From Clostridia bacterium (GTDB lineage Bacteria > Bacillota > Clostridia > Oscillospirales > CAG-272), in the NCBI GenBank assembly GCA_017450945.1, contig JAFSSP010000020.1, positions 32,954 through 96,953 on the forward strand: DNA of 64,000 bases, written 5' to 3'. Shown piece after piece: positions 9,923-19,518 of this stretch. The stretch's first letter is position 1; each line of letters opens with the position of its first letter. The position numbers and the translations under genes were made by a program. The notes beneath the pieces were generated by a model. It was given only the letters and a program-made list of their open reading frames with translations, was not told the origin of the DNA and ran no database searches.

Positions 9923-10372
9923 TTATTTTTCCTCTTTTTTGAGCTCGCGGAGCTCTTTTAAGAAGGTGTCGATATCCTTGAACTCCCGATAGACCGAAGC
10001 AAAGCGCACATAGGCGACCTGGTCGCGCTCGCGGAGCTTTTGCATCACGCGCTCGCCGATCTCGATCGACGAGACCTCCTGGCGCAGGCTGTTCTGCAGT
10101 TCGGCCTCGATCTCATTGACAAGCGCCACGGCGTCGACCGGGCGTTTTTCGGTCGCCTTGATCACGCCGGAAAGCAGTTTTTGTTTGTCGAACAATTCCT
10201 TTTCACCGCTCTTTTTGACCACGATGATCTGGAGCGTCTCGATGGTCTCAAAGGTGGTAAAGCGTTTCTGGCAGGCAAGGCACTCCCGGCGGCGGCGGAT
10301 GCTGCTCCCCTCCCCCATGGGACGGGAATCGATCACTTTGCTTTCAGGATACCCGCAAACAGGACATTTCAT
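9923..10372 (-). CDS. nrdR: Transcriptional repressor NrdR
   Basis: MKCPVCGYPESKVIDSRP...RRRECLACQKRFTTFE zinc ribbon followed by an ATP-cone. Start is ATG 10370-10372 after GGGAGGG. Confidence 0.95.
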   Translation of the reverse strand: MKCPVCGYPESKVIDSRPMGEGSSIRRRRECLACQKRFTTFETIETLQIIVVKKSGEKELFDKQKLLSGVIKATEKRPVDAVALVNEIEAELQNSLRQEVSSIEIGERVMQKLRERDQVAYVRFASVYREFKDIDTFLKELRELKKEEK

Positions 10373-10439
10373 AGGCGTCACCCTCCCGGTTCATTTTCCT
10401 TATTTTACCACAAAAAATGAAAAATGTAAAGGGTTTTTT

Positions 10440-10703
10440 CTATATTTTCCAGCTCTCAAAGAGATCCGACACAACATCTTGAAAGCTACAGGGCGTCACA
10501 AGCCCCTCCACGATCTTGGAAAAGAAGGCGACCGCCTCAAACAAATTGGAAAAATACGCCCGCTTCTCCTCTTCACCGAGCCGCACCGAAACACGGTATC
10601 CGCCAACCCGCTCCCCCGCAAGCATTGCGGTCAGGCGATAGGTCAGGTTCAGCTCCTCCGCACTTCTCTTGCGCTCCATCAAAACAAATTCTTTTTCTTC
10701 CAT
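10440..10703 (-). CDS. Hypothetical 87-aa protein, apparently co-transcribed with nrdR
   Basis: Strong RBS AAGGGGGA before the ATG. Only 67 nt separate it from nrdR, with no terminator between. I recognise no family. Confidence 0.6.
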   Translation of the reverse strand: MEEKEFVLMERKRSAEELNLTYRLTAMLAGERVGGYRVSVRLGEEEKRAYFSNLFEAVAFFSKIVEGLVTPCSFQDVVSDLFESWKI

Positions 10704-11064
10704 ATTCTTTTTTCCCCCTTGGTTTGATTGGATTCGACAAACCCATCATACACGATCCTGTTCCCTGCGTTTTTGAAGGCTTTTTCCCGGTTTTTGTCAA
10801 GATTGCACAATTCTTTCACTTGTTTTTGCTGTCCGGATCATTGGATTGTATTTTCTTTCATTTTTCTGCTTGAAAAGATGTATAAAAATTCCATAAAAAG
10901 CAACTTTTTCAAAAAAATATTTTTTAATTCAAAAAAAGCAAAAGTTTACAAGAACGGAAAATTCTTTGCATTGCAAGGCGCTTTGCTTTATGATAGAATA
11001 GGATCATCGACCGGTATTCATTTTTGTCAAAAAGAATTTTCATCCAACCAAAGCGAGAATTGCC

Positions 11065-11310
11065 ATGAAAAAGCTCACCTTTCAAACGCCGACCAAAACC
11101 GCCCTCTCTGTCTTTCTCTTTGACCTTTTTGTCACCACGCTCTTTGCCGTGGCCCTGCTTGTCTCCTGCTTCATCGAAAAAGAGACCGGCGATCCTCCCG
11201 ACTATCTACAGTATATGGATGCTCTGGAATACATATTCGCCGGGATCCTTCTAAGCCTTGTCAGCCTTGTCGCCGTTGACGCTGTGGTAAGGGACGCGGA
11301 AAAAGAATGA
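11065..11310 (+). CDS. Hypothetical small membrane protein (81 aa, two hydrophobic segments)
   Basis: LSVFLFDLFVTTLFAVALLVSCF and IFAGILLSLVSLVAV look like transmembrane segments. The RBS is weak. A palindromic element follows. Confidence 0.45.
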   Translation: MKKLTFQTPTKTALSVFLFDLFVTTLFAVALLVSCFIEKETGDPPDYLQYMDALEYIFAGILLSLVSLVAVDAVVRDAEKE

Positions 11311-11315
11311 GAATA

Positions 11316-11378
11316 GAAAAATGCGGGGAAACCTTTTTTGGAAAAAAACGGTTTCCCCGCACCCTTTCTAAAAAACAA
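11316..11378. repeat. Palindromic terminator-like repeat element, copy 1 (copy 2 at 58898-58958)
   Basis: GAAAAATGCGGGGAAACC-T/A-rich loop-GGTTTCCCCGCACCC..TTC.AAAAAAC is shared almost base for base with 58898-58958, in the same orientation. Confidence 0.7.
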
Positions 11379-11397
11379 ACGATCAAAAATTTTCACC

Positions 11398-11426
11398 TTG
11401 CTTTTTGGAAGGATTTGTGATAAAAT
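11398..11426 (+). promoter_or_regulatory. Putative sigma-A promoter of mutY
   Basis: TTGCTT (11398-11403), 17-nt spacer, TAAAAT (11421-11426). RBS AAAGGAG precedes the ATG at 11461. Confidence 0.45.
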
Positions 11427-11460
11427 AGTAAAATAGAGATTTTCCGGAAAGGAGCGGCGT

Positions 11461-12513
11461 ATGAAGAAGATCCCAAGCGAGATCGTCCCCCTCCTTTTGG
11501 ACTGGTATAAAAAAAGCAAACGCGATCTCCCCTGGCGCAAGACCTCGGATCCATACTGCATCTGGCTTTCCGAGATCATGCTTCAGCAGACCCGCGTGGA
11601 AGCCGTCAAGCCATACTACAAAAGATTCCTTGAGGCCTGCCCGAACGTCGATGCGCTCGCCAAGATCCCAGAAGAAGGACTCTTCAAGCTCTGGGAAGGA
11701 CTTGGATACTACAGTCGGGCACGCAACCTGCAAAAGGCGGCAAAGATCATCCAAAGTGAATACGGCGGCGTTTTCCCAAACGAATATGAAACGTTGCGCC
11801 GTCTGCCCGGGATCGGCGACTACACGGCGGGAGCGGTCTCGTCGATCGCCTTTGGAGAGAGGGTACCGGCTGTGGACGGCAACGTCTTGCGCGTTGTGGC
11901 AAGGCTGACCGGAACCGATGCGGACATTGCCCTGCCCGAAACCAAAAAAGCCTTCCGTAAGGAGCTTCTTCCGCTCATTCCAAAGGAAGCCGGAGACTTC
12001 AATCAAAGCCTGATTGAATTGGGTGCTACCGTTTGTCTGCCAAACGGAGAGCCGAATTGCAACGCTTGTCCGCTCGCCCCGCTCTGCCGCGCATATCAAG
12101 AAGAAAAGACCGGAGAGATCCCGAAAAGAAGCAAAAAGAAGCCGCGAAGGATCGAAGAGCGCACGGTGCTCATCATTGAGGACGGAGAAAGGACAGCGCT
12201 CGGAAAGCGCCCCGACAAGGGCCTTTTGGCAGGACTCTTTGAGTTGCCGAACGCCGAAGGACATCTGAACGAAAACGAACTGCTTGCCTTTGTCCGCTCG
12301 CTCGGGTTTGAGCCTTTGCAATGGAAACGGCTGGACGACGCAAAGCACATTTTTACGCACGTCGAGTGGCGCATGATCGCCTACTCGGTCCGCGTCTCTC
12401 CCGAATTTGACGAGGCGCATGGCGACGGGCGATACTTTCTTGTGGATAATGAGATCTTGCATCGTGACTACGCCATTCCGTCTGCATTTTCCGCCTATAC
12501 CAAATATCTATAA
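11461..12513 (+). CDS. mutY: A/G-specific adenine DNA glycosylase MutY
   Basis: LPWRKTSDPYCIWLSEIMLQQTRV, the HhH-GPD motif LPGIGDYTAGAV, a C-x6-C-x2-C-x5-C iron-sulfur cluster loop, and a NUDIX-like C-terminus. Confidence 0.92.
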   Translation: MKKIPSEIVPLLLDWYKKSKRDLPWRKTSDPYCIWLSEIMLQQTRVEAVKPYYKRFLEACPNVDALAKIPEEGLFKLWEGLGYYSRARNLQKAAKIIQSEYGGVFPNEYETLRRLPGIGDYTAGAVSSIAFGERVPAVDGNVLRVVARLTGTDADIALPETKKAFRKELLPLIPKEAGDFNQSLIELGATVCLPNGEPNCNACPLAPLCRAYQEEKTGEIPKRSKKKPRRIEERTVLIIEDGERTALGKRPDKGLLAGLFELPNAEGHLNENELLAFVRSLGFEPLQWKRLDDAKHIFTHVEWRMIAYSVRVSPEFDEAHGDGRYFLVDNEILHRDYAIPSAFSAYTKYL

Positions 12514-12527
12514 ATGAGGACAGTTTT

Positions 12528-13484
12528 ATGAAACATTTATTTGTCGTGAATCCGGCCGCCGGAAAAGAAAACGTCATAAACCGCCTAAAAGAAAAGGTCG
12601 CGTCGCTCTTTCCGCAACTGGATGCGGAATTCTATGAGACCAAGGCCGAAAAGGACGCTACCGCCTTTGTGAAAAACTATTGCGAAACGCACAAAGAAGA
12701 AGTTCGCTTTTACGCCTGCGGCGGCGACGGAACGCTCAACGAGGTCGTCAGCGGTGCGGTCGGTTTTCCGCAGGTGAGCGTGACCTCCTACCCCTGCGGC
12801 TCGGGCAACGATTTTGTCAAATACTACGGCGGCAAAGATGCTTTTCTCGATCTCGAAGATCTCATTCTCGGCGACGAGGAAGAGATCGACGTCATGAAGA
12901 TCGGCGACCGCTATGCGATCAATGCAACGCACTTCGGGTTTGATTCGGCTGTGGCAAAGACCATGGCAAACGTCCGCCGCAAAAAGATCATCGGCGGCAA
13001 AAACGCCTACACCACCGGCGTCATCAAGGCTCTGTTCACCGCCATGAAAAACGCCTGCAAGGTGTTCGCGGACGGAGAACTGCTCAACCCCGCCGGCTCG
13101 ATCCTACTTTGCACCATTGCAAACGGCCAGTATGTGGGCGGCTCCTATCGCTGTGCGCCTCGCTCGCTCGACAACGACGGCCTTTTGGAGGTTTGTCTTG
13201 TGCGCCCGATCTCGATCTTTACCTTCCTCAAGCTTATGAACGATTACAAGGTCGGAACGCATCTTGACAACCCAGCATTCCAAAAGTTTACGGTCTATCG
13301 CAGAGCAAAAGAGGTGAAGATCTCGGCGCCCGAAGGCTTTGTCTATTCGCTCGACGGCGAGCTTGTGACCGGCTCCAACTTCACCGTGGAGGTTCTGCCG
13401 CGCGCGCTCCGCTTCCTTGTTCCGCGCAAAGCAAAGCCGATCGCAAAAGATCACATTGTCCCAAAGGCTCAGCCTGCGCTGTGA
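12528..13484 (+). CDS. Diacylglycerol/lipid kinase family protein (DAGK catalytic domain, YegS/DgkB-like)
   Basis: MKHLFVVNPAAGK...FYACGGDGTLNEVVSG is the lipid-kinase signature. Confidence 0.85.
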   Translation: MKHLFVVNPAAGKENVINRLKEKVASLFPQLDAEFYETKAEKDATAFVKNYCETHKEEVRFYACGGDGTLNEVVSGAVGFPQVSVTSYPCGSGNDFVKYYGGKDAFLDLEDLILGDEEEIDVMKIGDRYAINATHFGFDSAVAKTMANVRRKKIIGGKNAYTTGVIKALFTAMKNACKVFADGELLNPAGSILLCTIANGQYVGGSYRCAPRSLDNDGLLEVCLVRPISIFTFLKLMNDYKVGTHLDNPAFQKFTVYRRAKEVKISAPEGFVYSLDGELVTGSNFTVEVLPRALRFLVPRKAKPIAKDHIVPKAQPAL

Positions 13485-14170
13485 TGGACGTCAATCCCGA
13501 ATATCTCTCGGACGGCAGGCTTTACGAGAGCGCAAAATTCCAAAAGCAGGCGCTTGCGGCTGACCCGGACGGAAACCTAAAAGACTTTGCCAACCGAAGA
13601 GACGCACTCGAAGACGGCCTTGCAGGGCTTGATATTTCCGGGCTTTATAACCGGATCGACGCTCTGATCGGATCCTGCAAAAAGGCCTTAACCGAACTTT
13701 TGGAAAATCTCCCAAAGGACGGCGCGCTTTTCCCGGATGCCTCCGAGCGCTCACTCGTCGCCTCCCCGGTCGCCGCTTTTTGCTCTGCGCTGGAGCCCTT
13801 GCAAAAAACCGAATGGGAGCTTTTGTCAGGCCTGTCGGACAAGGAGCACGAGCTTCTTTCTTCGCACCATACGGCAGAGCTTTTGTTTGCTTCTTTATCC
13901 CCTGCGATTTCGGCCGCAAAAGGGTTACCGATCGAAGAGGCGCTCCGAGCCGAATACGCCAAAGTAGAAGCCGTAAAAGCCGACCTCGAAGATCGCTCGG
14001 CAAAGCTCAACGAAGCAAAAGAACGGTTGACAACGCTTCACAAAATCTTCTTTGGCAGTTTTTTAGCAGAGCTTTCATTGGCGGCGGATTTGGAGCATGA
14101 CGGCAAAGCCGCCTCCCCCGCCGCAGTCCTGCGCCTCTTGGGCGAGGCCCGACACTTTCTTTTCTCTTAA
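13481..14170 (+). CDS. Hypothetical Ala/Leu/Glu-rich protein
   Basis: Overlaps the kinase stop codon (GTG 13481, or ATG 13484 in a TGATG arrangement), suggesting translational coupling. I recognise no family. Confidence 0.6.
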   Translation: MMDVNPEYLSDGRLYESAKFQKQALAADPDGNLKDFANRRDALEDGLAGLDISGLYNRIDALIGSCKKALTELLENLPKDGALFPDASERSLVASPVAAFCSALEPLQKTEWELLSGLSDKEHELLSSHHTAELLFASLSPAISAAKGLPIEEALRAEYAKVEAVKADLEDRSAKLNEAKERLTTLHKIFFGSFLAELSLAADLEHDGKAASPAAVLRLLGEARHFLFS

Positions 14171-15471
14171 AAGACCCGCAGAGTTTCTTCTTTGACCTCC
14201 CGGCGAAGCAAAAAGAGTACAGTCAGATTGAGGAGCGTCAGCCCCGCGATCGCAAAATCCGAAACTTCCCAGATATACCGCGGCAAAAAAGCCGCACCGC
14301 ATAGGATGGAAAGCGCAAACAGCGCAAGGTAGAGCGCTTTCCATCCTTTTTTTGTTGTCAAAAACCGAACGCTCTCAAGCCCGTAGCCCGCCCAGCAAAG
14401 CAGCGTTGCGTATCCAAAGACAAACACCGCAACAGCGAGAAAGATCGATGCTCCCTGCCCGAGTACCGAGGAGTAGGCCAAAAGCGTCAGCGCCATGCCG
14501 TCGGAATTGGAAAGATCCACGCCGGATGTTATGATCACAAGCGCCGAAAGACTGCAAAGAAGAATCGTATCCACGAACACTTCAAAGATCCCCCAGACGC
14601 CCTGTTTTGCGGGAAAGATGGCAGAGGAGGTCGCGTGCGCGGTGGGAGACGTCCCGCATCCGGCCTCGTTGGAAAGGAGTCCCCGCATGGTGCCGACGCG
14701 CAGGGCGCGACTTGTCAAGAATCCAAGCAGGCCTCCCGCAAAGCTCTCTTTTGAGAAAGCGGATAAGAAAATCGAGCGGATTGCATCTCCAAGATACTCC
14801 TTCCTCAAGATCAACAAAAAAACAGATAATACCACCAATCCGAGCGACATGATCGGAACAAGATAAGAGGTCAGTGCCGAGATCTCTTTCGTTCCTTTCG
14901 CCGCAAGCGGGATCACAAGAAGGACAAGGAGGAGCGCGCAGACAAGCGGCGGCAGATGAAAGGCCGATTTTGCCGATGTTGCAATCGCGTCCACCTGGAT
15001 CATAGAACCCATCGAAAAAGAATTGAGCAAAAGGAAACAGGAAAAGATCGCAGGATAAAGTCTTGCAAGACATCCATGCCCTCGTCTTTCAAAGCAGTCT
15101 TTCATATAGTAAGCCGCGCCGCCGAAAAAGCCGCACTCCCATTCTCTTCTGTGCCTGACCGAGAGCAGAATCTCGGCATATTTTAAGATCATGGCAAAGA
15201 ATGCAGAGACCCACATCCAAAAGATCGCTCCCGGCCCGCCTACGGCGATCGCGTTTGCCACACCCACAAGATTCCCCACGCCAAGCGTTCCTGCAAGGGC
15301 AAGAAAGGTCGCCTTTGCGGGAGAGGTACCATCCTCCTGTTTTTCGGTAAGGATCTTCAAAAGCCTGCCCGGGCGGCGCAAAGGAAGCCCCTTTAGATAA
15401 AACAGAAAGAAAATGCCAACAAGAAGCAAGAAAAACAGAACGCCGCCCCCGGTAAGCATCCAGGAAAGCAT
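14167..15471 (-). CDS. Alanine/glycine:cation symporter (AGCS family)
   Basis: FLALAGTLGVGNLVGVANAIAVGGPGAIFWMW is typical of AGCS. Start is ATG 15469-15471 after GAGGGGAGGGG. Confidence 0.88.
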   Translation of the reverse strand: MLSWMLTGGGVLFFLLLVGIFFLFYLKGLPLRRPGRLLKILTEKQEDGTSPAKATFLALAGTLGVGNLVGVANAIAVGGPGAIFWMWVSAFFAMILKYAEILLSVRHRREWECGFFGGAAYYMKDCFERRGHGCLARLYPAIFSCFLLLNSFSMGSMIQVDAIATSAKSAFHLPPLVCALLLVLLVIPLAAKGTKEISALTSYLVPIMSLGLVVLSVFLLILRKEYLGDAIRSIFLSAFSKESFAGGLLGFLTSRALRVGTMRGLLSNEAGCGTSPTAHATSSAIFPAKQGVWGIFEVFVDTILLCSLSALVIITSGVDLSNSDGMALTLLAYSSVLGQGASIFLAVAVFVFGYATLLCWAGYGLESVRFLTTKKGWKALYLALFALSILCGAAFLPRYIWEVSDFAIAGLTLLNLTVLFLLRREVKEETLRVF

Positions 15472-15619
15472 GAAATTGCCCCTCCCCTCATAGAATAAAC
15501 AGTCCATTCTATGCGTCAAAAAAACGAAGCATGCAGGCGGCCTATATTTGAAAATTTGCAGAGGGCCTTTGCAAGAGAAAAAATATTGTGAACAATCTGT
15601 GAATTCTGCAAAAAAGCCC

Positions 15620-15647
15620 TTGAAATTTCCATGATATGGTATAGAAT
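15620..15647 (+). promoter_or_regulatory. Putative sigma-A promoter of groES-groEL
   Basis: TTGAAA (15620-15625), 16-nt spacer, TAGAAT (15642-15647), directly upstream of CIRCE. Confidence 0.55.
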
Positions 15648-15658
15648 AAGAGTATCGG

Positions 15659-15685
15659 TTAGCACTCAAATAGCCAGAGTGCTAA
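15659..15685 (+). promoter_or_regulatory. CIRCE operator (HrcA binding site)
   Basis: TTAGCACTC-N9-GAGTGCTAA is a perfect match to the CIRCE consensus inverted repeat. Confidence 0.92.
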
Positions 15686-15709
15686 CTTTACCAAATAGGA
15701 GGTCTTATT

Positions 15710-15997
15710 ATGAACATCAAACCGCTTGCCGACAGAGTTGTGATCCAGCTCCTTGAGGCAGAAGAAAAAACAAAAGGCGGGATTCTGCTTACCCCGTCTG
15801 CTCAGGAAAAACCGCAGGTGGCAAAAGTCGTCGCCGTCGGCCCGGGCGCCCGGAACGACAAGGGCGAACTCATCCCCATGGAAGTGAAGGTCGGGGATAA
15901 GGTCATCACCAGCAAATATTCCGGAACCGAAGTCAAAATGGACGGTGAAGAATACAACATCGTCAAGCAAAGCGACATTCTCGCAATCGTAGAATAA
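15710..15997 (+). CDS. groES: Co-chaperonin GroES
   Basis: [27 protein letters not shown] is canonical GroES. Confidence 0.97.
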   Translation: MNIKPLADRVVIQLLEAEEKTKGGILLTPSAQEKPQVAKVVAVGPGARNDKGELIPMEVKVGDKVITSKYSGTEVKMDGEEYNIVKQSDILAIVE

Positions 15998-16010
15998 GAA
16001 AGGTAGATAG

Positions 16011-17648
<1,638 letters not shown>

Positions 17649-17674
17649 TCGCTCACACCTAAAAGATGATAAAA

Positions 17675-17707
17675 AAGGATTTGGACTCTTCCAAATCCTT
17701 TTTTTTC
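17675..17707 (+). terminator. Rho-independent terminator after groEL
   Basis: AAGGATTTGGA-ctct-TCCAAATCCTT followed by a T-run. Confidence 0.8.
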
Positions 17708-17782
17708 TAAACTTTCTTCCATTCTCCAACAATTTATGTTATACTAAAACAGAACTGACAGAAAGCACAGCGGAGGTATGGC

Positions 17783-18670
17783 ATGAAACAAAAGAAGAAA
17801 TACCTGATCGCACTGGAGGAAACGCGAAGCATCATTGCACTGGCCGCCGGCATCCTCGTGTGCTGCTGCGCATTCGTTTCGATCTTCCTTATGGCAAAGA
17901 AGTACAATGGAACCGGGATGCACCCCTTGCAATACTTTACGGTGTGGTCGAACCTTTTGTCTGCCGTTGCCGCGTCTTTCATGATCCCCTATGCGGTCGA
18001 AGGAATCCGAAAAAAGCGCTTTGCCCTGCCGAACTGGATCGTTTTATTGCAGTATTCCGGCGCGATCTGCGTTGCGACCACAATGGTTGCGGCGCTCGCC
18101 CTGATCTGGCCGACGCAAGGAATCCGTGCGATGACAGGAACCAACTTTTGGTTGCATATCGTTTCTCCCGCGCTGACCATCGTTCTCTTCCAATGCGTGG
18201 AAACGGGAGTCTCCTTTTCTCGCAAGTCCGCCCCACTCGCCTTGATTCCCTATTGGGTTTACATGATTGTCTATTTTGTCATGGTCTATCTTGTCGGAAC
18301 CGAACGTGGCGGCTGGTCTGATTTTTACAAAACAAGAGCCTTCTTGCCCCCGTGGGTCTCTGCGCTTTTGATGCTTGCGATCGGCTTTGCGATCTCGTTC
18401 TCCCTGCGTTTTTTACACAACAAACTCGCAACGCGGTATTGGAAGCGCATCGCCAAAATCTGGAGCCGGGATCTGGAGCCGACGCAACTGCTCATTGAAG
18501 CGTTCGGGCTTGGCCGCTCTATCGGCAGTCGAACCTATGGCACCGAGCTCGTGATTCCGCTTGACATTTTAAAGATCATGTCCGAGCGATACGACATTTC
18601 GATGGATCGACTGACAAAAGCCTACCTCAAAGGGGCTTTGGACGCCATCGAAGAAAGGACTACAAAATGA
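17783..18670 (+). CDS. Hypothetical polytopic membrane protein with a ~90-aa soluble C-terminal tail
   Basis: RBS GGAGG. Several hydrophobic segments and a YFTVWSNLLSA motif. Family is uncertain. Confidence 0.7.
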   Translation: MKQKKKYLIALEETRSIIALAAGILVCCCAFVSIFLMAKKYNGTGMHPLQYFTVWSNLLSAVAASFMIPYAVEGIRKKRFALPNWIVLLQYSGAICVATTMVAALALIWPTQGIRAMTGTNFWLHIVSPALTIVLFQCVETGVSFSRKSAPLALIPYWVYMIVYFVMVYLVGTERGGWSDFYKTRAFLPPWVSALLMLAIGFAISFSLRFLHNKLATRYWKRIAKIWSRDLEPTQLLIEAFGLGRSIGSRTYGTELVIPLDILKIMSERYDISMDRLTKAYLKGALDAIEERTTK

Positions 18671-19437
18671 CGCTGAACGGTTTTTGGGAATATATCGACG
18701 GCTCCGCCGAAGCCGGAAAAGGCTTTACCTGTTTCTCGCTTCCGCATTTGCTTTGGTTGGCAGTTCTCGCTGCAGGGATTTTCTTCTTTTCGTTCGCCTA
18801 CAAAAGGAGCAACGAAAAAGGACGAGACAATCTGCGAAAAGGCATGGCGCTCTTTCTCATTCTCTTTGAATTCGGGAAGCAGTGCGTCGTGGGGCTGACC
18901 GGCGCCCCTGCCGCCGTACATCTTCCGCTCCATATTTGCAGTTTTGCCGAATTTGCGATCCTCATCGACGCATTCTGGCCGAACAACCGTTTGTTCAAAC
19001 CGGTTCTTTGCTATGCCTTTCTTCCCGCCGCCTCCATGGCGCTCCTGTTCCCTACCGTCACCGCCTATCCGCCGATCAGCTTTTATGCGATCCATCAGTT
19101 TGTCCTGCACGCAGCCATCATCGCCTACATCATTGCGCGATATGCCGGGGGAGACATGCGCATGAACTATGCGGGCGTATGGATATCGCTTGGCATGATC
19201 CTTGCGATTGCCCTGCCGGTTTATTTCATCGATAAAGCGTTCGACAGAAACTATATGTTCCTTCTGCGCCACTCAAATAATCCCGCGCTCAAATTCATTT
19301 GGAACCTGTCGGGTGGAGGCGGCGGATTTGCCTATATTCTCGGACTTGCGCTGCTCGTCCTTCTCATGTTCCATTTTGTTTTTGGCCTCTTTACCCTCAT
19401 TCAAAAACTCCGGGATCGTCAAAAAGCCGCAAAATGA
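18667..19437 (+). CDS. YwaF/TMEM164-like integral membrane protein
   Basis: Start overlaps the upstream stop (ATGA). Polytopic, with LPLHICSF and FYAIHQFVLH motifs that I recall from the YwaF (TIGR02206-type) family. This is from memory and was not searched. Confidence 0.6.
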   Translation: MTLNGFWEYIDGSAEAGKGFTCFSLPHLLWLAVLAAGIFFFSFAYKRSNEKGRDNLRKGMALFLILFEFGKQCVVGLTGAPAAVHLPLHICSFAEFAILIDAFWPNNRLFKPVLCYAFLPAASMALLFPTVTAYPPISFYAIHQFVLHAAIIAYIIARYAGGDMRMNYAGVWISLGMILAIALPVYFIDKAFDRNYMFLLRHSNNPALKFIWNLSGGGGGFAYILGLALLVLLMFHFVFGLFTLIQKLRDRQKAAK

Positions 19438-19475
19438 TGATTCCTGCCTCGCATATCGCTTTGTAGAAACGCAAA

Positions 19476-19512
19476 ACAAAAAAAAGAGAGTCTGTATGGA
19501 CTCTCTTTTTTT
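19476..19512. terminator. Bidirectional terminator between the YwaF-like gene and glmS
   Basis: A-run, AAGAGAGTC-tgtatg-GACTCTCTT, then a T-run. Confidence 0.75.
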
Positions 19513-19518
19513 AATGGA

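Noticed and set aside
10728-11123. A 131-aa plus-strand ORF in the AT-rich divergent promoter region, overlapping the start of the 81-aa membrane ORF.
   Set aside because: The product is a Lys/Phe/Asn-rich translation of AT-rich promoter DNA with no RBS, and it is out of frame with the better-supported 11065 ORF.
15472-15620. A possible glycine riboswitch or T-box in the leader of the alanine/glycine symporter. I asked the same question of the liv operon leader (50950-51067).
   Set aside because: I could not find the conserved glycine-riboswitch cores (GGAGAG...CACCG...) or a T-box sequence with a specifier-loop arrangement. Only a short inverted repeat (AGCS) and a weak CodY-like box (liv) are present.
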